This document shows positions 11,625 through 24,507 of a DNA stretch of 64,000 nucleotides, piece by piece (position 1 is the stretch's first letter; every line of letters starts with the position of its first letter). The notes beneath the pieces are model-generated. The model ran no database searches and was not told where the DNA came from. It saw only the letters and a list, made by a program, of their open reading frames with translations. Source of the stretch: Fistulifera solaris (taxonomy: Eukaryota); contig AP026139.1 in the NCBI GenBank assembly GCA_030295235.1, forward strand, positions 62,001 to 126,000, in the 5' to 3' direction. A program made the position numbers and the translations under genes.

Positions 11625-13124
11625 ATGAATCAAGCTTCCTCACAAGCATCGTTATCCAACGAGGCAAAAGACGACGACGACGACGACGAAGATCCCTTTG
11701 CAGTATTTGGTGACGACGACGAAGACGACGAAGACGACGAAGACGAAATACCATCCACAACAGCCACAGCGCCGTTGGCTGTTTCTCGTCCTCCAATCAT
11801 AAGCCAACATCAAACTCATGACGAATTCGATGCAATTGAATTTGTTCCGCAACAAATCCTTTTACATGACGCCGAACCACTTCCTTCGATTCCTTCTTGG
11901 CCGGATCCGTTGTATCGAAAGAAGAGTGATTGGGAAATCGTTACTACGCAATCCTACGGACGAGCCGTTCGTGCTACACAACCTATCAAAGCCGGGACGC
12001 TGTTGTTGATAGAGAAGCCATTGTGGGATCTTGTGACGACGTCTAATAAGGATGCTAGGATGCAATCTCCAACCGATGTGTTGTATCAAGGCGTGCAGTG
12101 GCTGTTGGAGCAAGAGCACAACAACCCTTCCCTTTTACAATACGTAGAACACTTGCATCCTACGTTAGAGCAGGTCGAACGAGTCTTAAATAGCAGCACG
12201 AGCGACACTTTAACCCAATCGGAACGAGACCAAATCGCCGATCCTATGGAACAATTACAACACGATACAAGATTGCAACAACTGGCCGCCACTTGGGAGG
12301 ACAGCATCACCGTCCGGCGCTACTATTTACTATTGCAATACAACTTGTTGCGGACGGGACTGTATTTATACGTCGCTCTCTGGAATCATCAACACCAAAC
12401 ACCCAATTGTATCAAATTGGGGAATCAAATATGGACGTGTCGTTCGGTCGAACCCCACGAGATGTTGACCATGGATTATGTTCCCGAAATTTCGTCGCGA
12501 CGGGCCGCCATTGTGTGGGAACATCATAAATTTCGCGTACCGACTCATCCGGGGCCCGCGTGGATTCCTCGTTATGAAGTGGTATTGCAAGAATTTCAGG
12601 AACAATATCAATTGCTCGTTGCTGAACCACATCCTGCGACTCAACATTTGGAATGGGCCATGGTACTGGAGCAGGCTATGTTGGAATTGCTGACCGACAA
12701 CAAAGAATCATCAGTGGACAATGAGACGGATTCCTTCTTGTGGATACCGTGTCGGCTTTTGTACTTACAAGTGGGACAATATTTACTCTCATCATCAACA
12801 ACAACAACATCAACCGCATCGTCATCGTTTCAGCTCACCAACCAAAGCCGTATTGCATTACTGGAACGTCTCTTACAACAAACACAAGTGTTATTGCATC
12901 AACAACAGCACTATTATGGACCCGACCATTTGCATTTGGCGACGACGTACGATGAATTGGCGCAGTTGTGTCACTATTTAGTCCAACAAGATCCTTCGAC
13001 GTTTCATGCAAAAGTCTCGGCCATGGAAAGCATGTACTTGAAACAACATGAACGAATTCGGCTGTTGTATCCCGACATTACTGACGACAACCTTATGGAA
13101 CTTGTTGCATCAAGAAAGGAGTAA
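11625..13124 (+). CDS. Divergent SMYD-like SET-domain protein with acidic N-terminus and helical C-terminus
   Basis: YGRAVRATQPIKAGTLLLIEKP; GLYLYVALWNHQHQTPNC; EMLTMDY correspond to SET motifs. Confidence 0.8.
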   Translation: MNQASSQASLSNEAKDDDDDDEDPFAVFGDDDEDDEDDEDEIPSTTATAPLAVSRPPIISQHQTHDEFDAIEFVPQQILLHDAEPLPSIPSWPDPLYRKKSDWEIVTTQSYGRAVRATQPIKAGTLLLIEKPLWDLVTTSNKDARMQSPTDVLYQGVQWLLEQEHNNPSLLQYVEHLHPTLEQVERVLNSSTSDTLTQSERDQIADPMEQLQHDTRLQQLAATWEDSITVRRYYLLLQYNLLRTGLYLYVALWNHQHQTPNCIKLGNQIWTCRSVEPHEMLTMDYVPEISSRRAAIVWEHHKFRVPTHPGPAWIPRYEVVLQEFQEQYQLLVAEPHPATQHLEWAMVLEQAMLELLTDNKESSVDNETDSFLWIPCRLLYLQVGQYLLSSSTTTTSTASSSFQLTNQSRIALLERLLQQTQVLLHQQQHYYGPDHLHLATTYDELAQLCHYLVQQDPSTFHAKVSAMESMYLKQHERIRLLYPDITDDNLMELVASRKE

Positions 13125-13187
13125 CAATGTTTCCATACTATGCAACATGTATCTCTATAGTCTTGTCTGATTATAACATCTCGGGAG

Positions 13188-14363
13188 TTATTTTTCATCC
13201 GTGGGCATACTATCGACACCAAATTGAAAGACTGGTCCCATCTTGGATGGCGCACTCGTAAAATCCAATTCATCTAAAGCATCCCAATTGTGATCCGCCC
13301 ACGACAAGAATTTCGAAACTTGATTCTTGTGCAAGATTTGCATGAATTGTTCGGCGATTTCCGCGACCCCATTGTTCCACAACCAATGATTGTCTTGCAT
13401 GGCCTGCAACGATTCGACGACAGTTTGCAAGGCTTGATACTCTTCATGCCATCCAGTAGCTTGTGCTTGTAGTGCTTCTTTTTGTTCAGCCGACAATTGT
13501 AACAATTGCGACAATTCTTGCCATTCATTTTGGGTGGGTGCGGCCACTTGATAAAGAATATACTGTTCTTGCATAATTTCTTGTAACATTTGCAAGAACT
13601 CTACTTGTTGTTGCACAATTTCGATTGCCGCTTGGTGTCGTTGTTTTCCACTCAATTCTTGTTGTCCCCGTTCCATACTCAAGGCTTCCAAGAGCGCCCC
13701 ATCACTCTCCGGATGTCCCCAGACATGTTCTTGGAGTTTATGTAAAATGCGTTCGAGTGCTTTGACTTCGGCTTCGTAGGCATCCACCAGATTTTTTCTT
13801 ACGCAATCGCCGCAATCGTGCGGAGGCTCGATTGCGGGCTAGTCGTTTTGACGTTTGAGTTCTTCGTCGTGTGTTTGAGGGGGTTGTGGCGGTTCCGCCG
13901 GCGAAGGATACATTTCCATCAAGGACAAGCTCCGTGGAGGAGGCATGGTTGTGGGGTTCGTCGAAGTCGTCACCATGGGCGTTGCGGTCGGATAGAGAGG
14001 AACGACGGAGGATGATTGTGTCGCGAATTCTGGGCAGGAAGTTGTCGTGTTGATGGTTTGTTGATGCTGTTGTTGTTGCTGCTGCTGCTGCGCTAATGCC
14101 GCAGCTGCTTCGGCGCCTCGCAAATACGCTTCTTGTAAAGCTTTGACGTAATCTTCGGTCGAAGAAGGTAACATTTGTGCTGGTTGTTGTGTAGTGACAG
14201 CAACGGCTGCAGTTAATGATTCGGTTGTAGTCGTTTCGGTAGCACTCGTATTGCTATTCGTAGGAAAGACTGGCAACGGCGGGGTTCTCCATTGCCCAGC
14301 GAATGCGGCACGTTTCGCGACATTGTTTTCCTCTTCCTTCTCCGTATTCTGTTGGAGTTCCAT
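13188..14363 (-). CDS. bZIP transcription factor; frameshift at T-run 13846-13849
   Basis: One added base joins the two ORFs as EELKRQKRLARNRASARLRRLRKKNLVDAYEAEVKALE; Q-rich N-terminus. Confidence 0.9.
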
Positions 14364-15274
14364 TGCAAAGGATAAGTGAGAAAAAACGAATCAACTAGAT
14401 GAGGATGAGATCGTGTAAGAAAAGATAGTGAATCGACTTTATACTTTGTATACTGGTACCGGTAGGTGAAGAAGAATGGAAAAGAGACGCAGCAAACGAA
14501 ACGGAATTGTTTTTTTTTTTTATTTATTTGCGTCGTTGTCGACGGAGTGCAAAACAAGATCGAAAGTCACCCTTACCTACTCTACGCTTGACCGTGTTAA
14601 TACCGGTTGGTAGAGCGGTATAGAAACTCGTAGCTGAATTTTAACAATCTTTCTGAATACGTGACATAACTATGGTCGCAGTACCGCAACGAAAAACGTT
14701 TTTCCGTTGACCTGCCCGCGAAGCCGTTGTGTTTGGCGCAAACGGGAACCAAATGAATCGGCATCAACTTTTCTTCTCTTGGACCTTACAAAACGAAAAC
14801 TTCGTTTCTCTCCACAAACAAACAAGTCGCCACGAAAGTCGCAAAAAAAGTCGCTTCCCGGAGCATTTCTGAAACGTCGTCGTTTACGACCGGACTCGGT
14901 GTCTCTCTGCGAGGAAATTCGGCGCTACTCCGTGAAACAAGATCGCCACGACAGTGTGTCATTCAAATTTACGCTTTCAGGGAGACGGCCGTTCTTGCTA
15001 GAGGCTTCGGAAGCCTATCTGGTAGTGTAGTGGGTCTCTGTGAAGATACCAACTGCTGTGCCCTTCACCCGAAGCGTGTGACATGCAATTGGCGCAGCGT
15101 ATTTGTGAGCATGGTGCGAGAGCCGTGTACATGTATTCGAAACACCGTCGAATCATCGTCGACTCGACAGCACCTCATTGCTGGATTCATCTTCTACTTT
15201 TTCTTTTGACGAAATGAATTACATTCAATGTAGTACATCTACGATTATAATTGTCAGCAGAATCATCTTCATAT

Positions 15275-16854
15275 TTAAGAGGGTGGAGCGCATGTATAAC
15301 ACTGGACTCCGGGCGTGCCGTCCACACCTTTCGGGAAGGATGCTCCTCGATAACCATCCCAATCGGCTTTGAAGAAACCGGGAGGACAAAAGCCGCCCGT
15401 ATTGTCTAATGTATCCATGTTATCAAAATGAATACGACATTGGTTCCAGGATGTAATCGAATAACCCACAGCCAGTGCGTGATTTTCCGCCGCCGCTTGA
15501 CAACTGGCCTTGTTCAGACTCGCGAAGCAAAAATCGTATCCTTGTGGTGTCGACGCGCCATCGACGCAATACCCTTCTTTGGTCGTGACACGCGTACCGC
15601 AACTCCGCGGTTCCAAGGGTGGTATCAATCCGCTGCACGAATAGCAAAATATGTCACCACCACTCGAAGTATCGATTCCTTTGGGTGGGCCCGTCGCCGT
15701 GCTGTCGCTTTTGCCGGGAAAGAGACCCGGTGGACAAATAGAATTGACAGCCGTGCCACTATCTTTGTTATCGAAATAGATTTCACAATAGGAACCGAGG
15801 GCACTGTATCCCCAACCGACTGGAATGGATGGAAGGCCCCGAACTTTGTAAGTGGTTTGCGCCGCCTTTAAACAATCCGCACGCTTCCAGTTGTTTCCGA
15901 AACAAAAGTCGTACTTTTGACCATCCGGATTGTCCAAACAAGCACCACTTTTTAACGAAAGCCGGAATCGACAGTCCCCAACGGGGGGAGTGGTGCGTGG
16001 TGTGCCACACGTGTTGCAGACAACATCGTTGTTCTCTTTGCCTTGTAACGCGCCCGGATACCCTGTCCCTTTGTTGGTGCCAGTACAACCGCAACTCGTG
16101 AAGCCTTTCGGACAAAAACTAGCGAGCTTGGTTCCGACGACTGTGCTATCAAAGTATATTTCACAATATCCCCATGGTGTAAACGAGTAACCAACCGCCT
16201 TGTCCGTTTCTTCCGCTCCCAAGCGACAATATTCTTCCGTGGGGACGTCACCACGACTGCAAAACGGATAAGTGATTCCCTTGGCATCCAAACAAAATCC
16301 GGTCCAATCGGGAAAGGTCGGTTTAGTACAATCCTGTTGCGATGGTTGTCGACACGAATAACACGGAATATCGTTGCTCCCATCCATCAAGGCGGGATAT
16401 CCGGTCCCCGAATTGGCACTGCTTCCTGCTTTCATACCCGGAGGACAGATCGCGGCAACGTTAGTTTTGGAATTGGTATTGTCAAAATACACTTCACAGT
16501 ATCCCCACGGTGTAAATGAAAATCCCATGGCGAGCTTGGTGGATTCGGCAAAATTCCGACACACGTCCATGTTGGTATTTTCGTAAAAACAAAAATCGTA
16601 CTTATTCTCACTGGCATCCAAGCAGTATCCAAACGAATCTTCCGCAAGTGGATCATCGAGACAATTTTGTAGTACAGGCAATGGGGAGGATTTGTCGTAG
16701 GAGGATCCGTGGGTGGTGAAATGCCTCCACCTCCTCCTCCTCCATTGGCGGGTGGAGCACCCGAAAGGCTCAAGACAACTTGAGTGTGACGTGCAAAGAG
16801 ACCTTCTTTACTAGGGTCTTCTCTGTTATCAATGCGAATATTGTTGTTGTTCAT
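15275..16854 (-). CDS. Probably extracellular protein with four ~115-aa Cys-rich repeats; 5' end uncertain, frameshift at G-run 16683-16686
   Basis: Four copies of G.C.D....Y.FC..C..A..G(F/Y)S...C.(I/V).FD..CP.G..G.P..C..C; upstream Gly/Pro linker in another frame; true start may lie near 17010-17045 behind an intron. Confidence 0.75.
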
Positions 16855-17716
16855 GGTGGTATCCCCCCGACACCTCCGCTGTAGGAGAAAGAAGCCTAAG
16901 AAACAAGCAAAAAGGAAATCGGATTGTGATGAGTGCTCATCTTTTTTTTTTAAAGCAACGACGAGCAAGACTGACATTATTGAAACGATCGATGGACGAA
17001 CAACGTACATGAGGATATTAGAAATCGAATGAAGTCTCGTGGCATCTTCTTAGCCCTCTAATGATTTATGAAACAAAGAAATGATAGATTAAAACACAAA
17101 AAAAAGATCAACCGATTGAATATAATTATCATTGATTTGTTTGTTGTGTTTGTTGTGTTTGTTGTGATTTGTCGAAAACGTGTCCGTTGAGGTGGAGCGT
17201 CCAAAAGTCACTTTGTTCGGCTGGCGAGACGAAGTGGTATACAACAAATGAGTACCAGAAGAAGGCCCTACTGGTGAGCAAAGACAATCACTGTCATGTT
17301 TTCGTACAGAAAGTCTTTTCCGTCGTCAGTCGGTTATAGTCGTTATTCCTGTTCGGTCATTTTCGAAAACTCCGTTTCGGATATCCGGAGAATTATTATT
17401 AGCTTTATAGAGAACCAATCAAATAATCCATTCCCCCTGCGCCCCCCCTCTCACTTTGTTCCCGTCACCCAGGATGGCATGATTTCGCCCATCATTTCAT
17501 TCGTCTCTCCTACTCTGGGGACGGAGCTCACCGACACAGCTCTACCGTTTTGGTGTTTAAACGTTGACAATATTGGTTTGTTTTTTTTATCACGGTGGTG
17601 GAATGGAAAAGACACCTCGGAGCAGAGCAAGGAAAGAAAATTATTATTACAAAACATTCCTTTATAACATTAAGAAATAACAAGTTCAATACAAACAAAA
17701 AAACAAAAAAAACAGT

Positions 17717-19550
17717 TCACTGCACAACATCAGACATGGTAACCGATGACGGCGATCGGTATTGTGATAAAGATTGGGTGAGGTCGCCCTCCACGTTTCG
17801 CTTTACAAAGATGCCTAGTAAATTGGCGTCATTTTCTTCCATCTTTTCTGGCGCATCTTCTTCTTTTCGATGAAAGAAGGACCACATCTCAGCAAATCGG
17901 TAATGTTTTCACTCAAGATATCAATGACGGCCCATTTCTGGCGAATCTTTTGAGCTTTTCTGTGTTTTTTTCGGATTGGGGATCAATGGGGAGTCGTTCC
18001 GGCGACAATTCCGTCAATTTGCTCAATAGGCACAAATTCACGTGTCGATTGTGTTGGTAAAGGCTTGTCTTCCACACTATTATCTGCCGAATACGAGTCT
18101 AAAACTAACGGTTTTGCCTCATTGTCGTCACGAAGCAAGGGCAGCTCCATATTGTGATGAGTATTCCAGCAACCAAAGAGCTGAGCAAGTCCACGGGGTG
18201 AATCGAATTCGCGGATGTGGGATGGATGCGATGAGACAACAATGTCAGAATCGGTCTCAAATATCATTTCAATTTCTTGATCATTTTGTTGGTTAACTTC
18301 AACTACATGATCTTGTTTGTCAGTGTCGTCATCCGAAATGATAACGAGATCTGGATCGGGTGCGTCCTGATCAATTAGCATGGGCTTGGTCAGCAGCAAA
18401 GTGTTCCGGTACATTAGATATTCCGACTTGCTCGTCGGCGAGTAGCACCATGTAGATGTAGCATCTTTTCCAAAGGAGTTGGACTGATTGTAAATGGCGC
18501 CGCAACACTTGGGTCTGACCTTCGTGTCGCGTTTTGAGAGTCCTCATCACCGTCAGGTACCGGTACTATCTTAGCAGCGGTAGCGACACCTGTTACAGTC
18601 AGCGACATGATACCAAAGGGATCCCACGGTGATAGCGGGCGTACCGTTGGACTAGACTTTATTTTAATGGGTGTTGCCTCGGTAGTCCTTGTCTGTTCTA
18701 TTGCTTGGCTACTTGACATGATGTCCGATTGAGGAGCTTCGCCGTCTCGGTTCGTGTCATCATTACCGAGATGATATCCATGATTAAGAATCCTTTGGAA
18801 GTGCAGAGACAATCTTCGCCACCTTGTTCGTTTTTGATGAATCTGTTTGTTTTTCTTGTCGCATCGTTCTCGCCAACCTTGCAAAAAATTGAGTCGACCG
18901 AAGCATACTTTCGCGGATTGAGCATTTTTGTGTGTGTGCCGTATGATGGCATACCTATCAACAATTTCCTTCTGTATCGGAGAAAGGTTCGTAGACAGGG
19001 GAAGTGGCCGAGACAGTTCATTGAATGTGGGACGAAAAGATTCCTCGCGATCGATTTCTACGCGGAGCATGGTGCCTCCCTTCCTGTCGACGGAGAAGAC
19101 GGAATGGTTGTGTCGAAATGTACCAACGGGGTTCAACGTAAGATCGATTGTTTTCTTCGTGACAGATGGACTCCATCGACAGCTTCCGATCCATTCGGGT
19201 TGCCTGAGCTGGTCATCGCCTTCCATCAGAAAGACTTGCAGTTTGAAGACACCACAGGTATTTGCGTCTATAACACATCTATTATGCTGTGAATCCGGCC
19301 AAACTGCAACATGCCTACGCCTTACTCGGCGACTCCTTCTCCATTGTTTCTCAGAAGCTGCTAGTTTCAAAGGGTTTGATGGCGATGAGATCCACTCTAT
19401 CTCATCATTCTGTTTGCAGATAAGACCTAAGTAAACTCGGACGTCCTCTCCCTTGCTTTTGGTCGTATCCACTAGCAGTCCAGCAAGCGCCTTTACTTTT
19501 AATTGAACTCTTTTGTTGTTTTCTTGAGGAGGCCGACGCCGAAACATCAT
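17717..19550 (-). CDS. Uncharacterised array family member 1 (conserved N-terminal domain + disordered tail), several frameshifts, 3' end approximate
   Basis: VQLKVKALAGLLVD..VRVYL..SNPLK..RHVAVWP..LQVFL..IGSCRW..DRKGGTMLRV; abutting ORFs 18414-19550 and 17983-18414. Confidence 0.7.
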
Positions 19551-20077
19551 GGTCGAAAGTGTGTGGCTCAGCTAAAATTCTTTGTCGGACGATGAAGTTT
19601 GAATTTTTTAGTTGCTTTTCAATAACGCCTTCATTCGACACTCCGCTTACGATGACACACGACACACGCACAAAGACCCTGAAGTGGTGGAACCTACGTA
19701 GTACTTAAGAGCTGTTAGTTTGGAAACCATGACGTGTCCATCTTGGGTCACTGTCAACCTGAAAGTGCGTTTCTAAATATCCAAGTTAATATTACTAAGT
19801 ACCAACCTTGTGTATCACGAACGGAAAAGGTAATTTCCGTTGACCGCTGACCGACGCTTTTGAAAATCAAATTTTGGCGCAAAATTGTCCTGCGGCCGAG
19901 TCGTCGACGCGTTCAACGGAGAAGTGAATAGAGATGTTTGATTATTCATTGGCTCTGCTGGATCTCCCGCCACCAGACGTATTTGGTTGCCTCATACATG
20001 GAGAAGTATCCACCAAAGCGTGCATCTCTTTGGTGTCAAGACAGAGACACAAAGGATTTCACAAAAGAACAATTCGT

Positions 20078-22738
20078 ATGTCTTCGACCATGAGGTCAAG
20101 ACTCGTGACACTGAAAGTGCAGGCTATTGCGGGCATCTTGGTAGATACTTTCCATGCCGATGAGAACAATGTTCGAGTGTTTGTGCGAGTGATCCACGTG
20201 AGCGGTAACATCTGCGCAGCCTCGTCCTTATCGAATCCTCTGAAAGTCAGCCCTACAGAAAAGGGATCTACCGTTTTTCAAAGACAAGTAGCTGTTTGGC
20301 CCTGTTACGACGACCCGTGTGTCTTTGAAGCAAATGATGGAGAAAGATTCCAGTTCCAAGTGTGCCTTAACATTCCGGGCAGGGGGAATTTTCCAATCGG
20401 GTCAGGGAATTGGGAAGTATCTACAAGAGGTGATTGTGACGTTTCTATAGGTTGCTTTCTTGCCCCGGACAAGAGACGTTCGATAGCCTATTGTATCGAC
20501 TCGTCAGGGGGTGCAATGCTTCGTATTATGGCTAACTGGGAAAAAGATGAGATAGTTCAGGATAATATTCCGAGCGAAATATACACAAAGCCAAGGATTG
20601 CGCCCAAGCCTTTTGCTCTAAACGCTCTTAAACTCCAATATGATTCCCATTATGTCTCTGTCGATGACGAAGGTGCTCTTGCAACTGATTTTATCATTGA
20701 TCCAAAAGAACTTCGCGGTGACATCAAATTCAAACCAAAATCACCTTTTCGCCAGTTTTTTCGAAGATCCAATGCCTCTGACAACAAAGCTAGAGTTGGC
20801 GATTCAGTTGAAAGATTCACAATGACAGGAAACGGCATGCAAATTGAAGCTGCTAGTGCCAGGGTCCCATTCTGGTCATCTCCAAAGCCTGTCAAACGTA
20901 CTGATCCTCCGCGTAGACCATCGCCAACTAAGGCATCTGCCCCGTATAGTTTTCAGCCAGCCCCGAATGACGTAAGCTTCCAATCTGTAATGCGCGACGA
21001 GGTTGGTGAGAGTCCGCTTGGCTCCAAGGGGGTGCGTAATGCTAACAATGAAAGTCCGATGCACGAAATCAAAGTCGTCAAGGAACTTTTTCCACCGGAA
21101 AGTAACGCGTTCGAGTTAAAAGGTCGGCCCTTTCACGAAGCAAGTGACCTACAGCCAATTTTGCTACACCCGGGAAAAGGCAGTGTTATCCCACGACAAT
21201 TCAGCGAAGATTCCGAATCTTTCGCGGACGTATACGAAAGACCTCTCATTAAAAGGCAACTACGTCCAAGCCCTAAATCACCACAAGTGACAAGAATGAC
21301 TCCCACACAGGAATGGTTTGGGCTTTCCGAAAAAGAATCTTATCGCAGACAATCACCAACCGCCGTCTGGGACTCTATATCCAGTAGGACGCCTTCTCCA
21401 GTGGAGACAATTACTTTACAAGCAACAGAATTGAGCATTGTCAACCCGCTTCAATCAGTTCCACGTTCGTCTAAACAATCCAAATATACAGAACTACAGC
21501 ACCGGGCAATACCTGTACACTCGCCGAGCGAAATGAAACACAATATGCATCGATTCCGTCAGGAAGTGAACAACTCTTTAAAGGTGTTGGATACTAAGTC
21601 GTCGGCACCTCCCATGCAAATCTATGACTACGGCAAAGCGGCGTTCGGGGGAAGCTGGCCCGCTGATCACATCAAGCAGTCAAGATCGAACCAAACATAT
21701 TCGAGTGACACTCAACAATGGCGATTGGAGGAAATGAAACACGAAACGGGGCTCGACAGCAGAATGTGCTTGTCGACGACTCCGTCTACTCCCGCAAATG
21801 AAATGCCAACGTTGGAAACAAGAAATAAGAACACCCGGTCCCATCATAATTGTCGCGATGACGAAGTTTCTTTCACGTTCTCAAAAGGTCACGAAAGTAT
21901 GAGCACAACGGACAACGAGACCCGAAGCGCCTCGGATGTTTCTGGAGCAGACAAACACACCGCATCCGAGCCACCGCCGGACTTTTTACTCTGCCAAGGC
22001 GATGGCTCGTATTTTTGCAAGCTGGATGAAGATGCGGTGTTACGACGACGGCGTCTTTGGAGAGAAAAGATGTGTGCTGTCGCACAAAACAGCCCCCATG
22101 ATATTTACGAAAAGCCTAACCTGAATTTCCCGTCGTACGATGAGGCGAAACATTTTGCAAGTGAGCCTTTCAATAATTCAAGAATGAGACACAATGACAT
22201 TTATTGTCAATCAACTTTCCAGCATCTTCGTTCCATTAAAGAAGATGCTCCGATGCAACTTTGCTCCGTAGAAACAGTCGAGCATTTAAGGAGTAGTTCT
22301 GCAAGGGATGATGAGAAGCAAATGGGACTTCCCCCATTGTCCACTCTGGAAGGCTGGTCACCAAATAGCCTACTCGGAGCCAACGCCAAGACCCTGGGTC
22401 AGAGTATTGTGGCCTTGGTGGAGCCTTTTGTATCTTGTGCCACCGTGAGGCCACCCGATCATCCTGTAGCAGTGCCTTCAAAAATTCCTAGTACCATTAA
22501 TGGAGAAGAAGCGAGTGTCGGCGAACTGACTGCAACCACTTACGAGCGTCATATTGATCGATTACGGCGCCAATCCACTATGAATCTACAAGAAACGTTA
22601 CGCTCAGGTCAACAGAATGCTTTGAAATTCTTTGGCTTTCATGAAGATGTCCCAGATAATCGAGACAGTTTGGGCCGGACTTGTTCCGTGAGCACAAAAA
22701 AAGAGGACTACTTTTCTGAGTACAAGGGATTGAAATAA
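20078..22738 (+). CDS. Uncharacterised array family member 2
   Basis: Long intact ORF; LKVQAIAGILVD..VRVFV..SNPLK..RQVAVWP..FQVCL..IGSGNW..DSSGGAMLRI. Confidence 0.85.
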   Translation: MSSTMRSRLVTLKVQAIAGILVDTFHADENNVRVFVRVIHVSGNICAASSLSNPLKVSPTEKGSTVFQRQVAVWPCYDDPCVFEANDGERFQFQVCLNIPGRGNFPIGSGNWEVSTRGDCDVSIGCFLAPDKRRSIAYCIDSSGGAMLRIMANWEKDEIVQDNIPSEIYTKPRIAPKPFALNALKLQYDSHYVSVDDEGALATDFIIDPKELRGDIKFKPKSPFRQFFRRSNASDNKARVGDSVERFTMTGNGMQIEAASARVPFWSSPKPVKRTDPPRRPSPTKASAPYSFQPAPNDVSFQSVMRDEVGESPLGSKGVRNANNESPMHEIKVVKELFPPESNAFELKGRPFHEASDLQPILLHPGKGSVIPRQFSEDSESFADVYERPLIKRQLRPSPKSPQVTRMTPTQEWFGLSEKESYRRQSPTAVWDSISSRTPSPVETITLQATELSIVNPLQSVPRSSKQSKYTELQHRAIPVHSPSEMKHNMHRFRQEVNNSLKVLDTKSSAPPMQIYDYGKAAFGGSWPADHIKQSRSNQTYSSDTQQWRLEEMKHETGLDSRMCLSTTPSTPANEMPTLETRNKNTRSHHNCRDDEVSFTFSKGHESMSTTDNETRSASDVSGADKHTASEPPPDFLLCQGDGSYFCKLDEDAVLRRRRLWREKMCAVAQNSPHDIYEKPNLNFPSYDEAKHFASEPFNNSRMRHNDIYCQSTFQHLRSIKEDAPMQLCSVETVEHLRSSSARDDEKQMGLPPLSTLEGWSPNSLLGANAKTLGQSIVALVEPFVSCATVRPPDHPVAVPSKIPSTINGEEASVGELTATTYERHIDRLRRQSTMNLQETLRSGQQNALKFFGFHEDVPDNRDSLGRTCSVSTKKEDYFSEYKGLK

Positions 22739-23647
22739 AGCGGGCACTACTCACTAATATTCCGATTGGGCAATGCTGCCATCATCGCGAAGCGAGAAGA
22801 AGCTGAACTAGTCATGCATCTTTCATAACATTAATTGAAACTAGCAAAAGCATTTCTTCCGTCTATGTTGACAATGTTGTTTTACAGACGTACGTCATTC
22901 ATCAAAGTCAAAAGTGTCTCAACTCTTCAAAGCTTTAAAATATCCCAGAGTACGATCGATTCTACAATTTAAAGATAAATCAATGATAGAAAGTCTTTGC
23001 TCAAGACACTTAGTGATCTATAATCTCCACTTTGTTCCTTTTTTGTGTTTTGAAGAAACATTTGTCGACCTGGCATTCCAATAAAAATGGCTAGAATATT
23101 ATGCTTAGTCCTTTTGTTAAACGATGGCGAGTACTTCGCATGGAGCAAATTTTCATTTTATTTCTATCAATAAGGGTCTACTAACTATTCTTGTTTCGCG
23201 TGGAAACATTACAAATTACTAAGGGTTTCGGTTATTTTGTAGGCAAAGGACGTTAGCCTAATGCATCCTAGCCATTTTTTGATGTAGGCTATAACCCTTG
23301 CGAGTGGATTGTAGTCACGAGTGCTTTTTGATCAATTGGATTATATTCATTGATTTCTGAGCTAGACTTGCGTTGACTGCAATATAGTCAAAAATAATTT
23401 TAAATGCTTTGAAAATACTAGAACTTTGTGCTTTACGTCGAAACGCTGCTCGGATGTAGGCCTTGATTTGACCATAGTACCTTAGTGTCAACTACCTTTT
23501 GCTCTGACTGGATTTCAGTCACCAGTGCGTCACTTTTCCAAATGCTAACGCAAGAAGGAAAAGCAGCTCATTGCCATCCACCCTGACGATATTTTCATCT
23601 CTCTCAATAGCGATTCACTTGCTTTCGAAAAGCAAACGAGCGTCAAG

Positions 23648-24507
23648 ATGCCCAAGATTATAGGAAAATCACAACGCGTCGTCGACGTGGAAGGTATTCT
23701 TTCGATTGACGAATATGTGGGGAATGTCGGAAGTCATTCGGATGATATTTCCATTGCCGTCGTCCAAGTCCAACAACCCTCCTCTGAGCCGTGGTTGACT
23801 TTTGCAATACGATGAATGGATGGTAGTGCTGAAAGAGCATTTGGAAATTCATTATCAAGCTGACAATGAAATCCAAATCATGACCGTAAGCGAAGGAGAA
23901 ACTGTATTTATCCCGAAAGGCGAGCGCTTTCGGCCCGTCTTTCCCTCAATCAGGAGCCACATACGTACCTGTCTGTATTCCGGCCTTTCGACCCGATCGT
24001 TGTTTTCGAGAAGAAGAGGGCACTTCCGACATTTCCACAAAGCTAGCGGAACGTCATGCGAAAAATGAGCCCACAGTATCGACGACTCCTCCCACAGCAG
24101 TTTATCACATGTGTCCAAAGGCTTTATGGGACGAGGCAGTGTCTTCCGGAAAGGCCTACTTTCCACCAACCTTTGCGGAGGATGGATACTTTACGCACGC
24201 AACAGCTCTTCCCGATCGACTTTTACCAACTGCGAATCATTTCTACGCAGCGACGGAAGGAGAATGGGTTTGTTTGGAACTATCTACGACAGCGCTCTTG
24301 GATGCCGGTATCGTGACAAAGATGGAAGAACCCAAACCGGTGGGAGCGAAGTCGGTGAGTGAGAATTGGGTGATAAGTAAATGGGCTTGCCCTCATATTT
24401 ATGGTGGCATCCCAACTAGAGCACCTGGTGTTGTTCTCCAGACCTACACAGTGGAGCGAGACGAAAAAGGTACTCTTCTTTCGATTTTGGGGCTCATGGA
24501 TAGATAG
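23648..24507 (+). CDS. Cupin (EutQ-like) + DUF952-like two-domain protein; frameshifts near 23800 and 23950
   Basis: Rejoined: MPKIIGKSQRVVD..IDEYVGNV..ISIA..EPWLTLQYDEW..GETVFIPKGERFRP..YVPVCIPAFRPD; then VYHMC..W..YFPPTFAEDGYFTHAT..ANHFY..PHIYGGIP. Confidence 0.75.
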
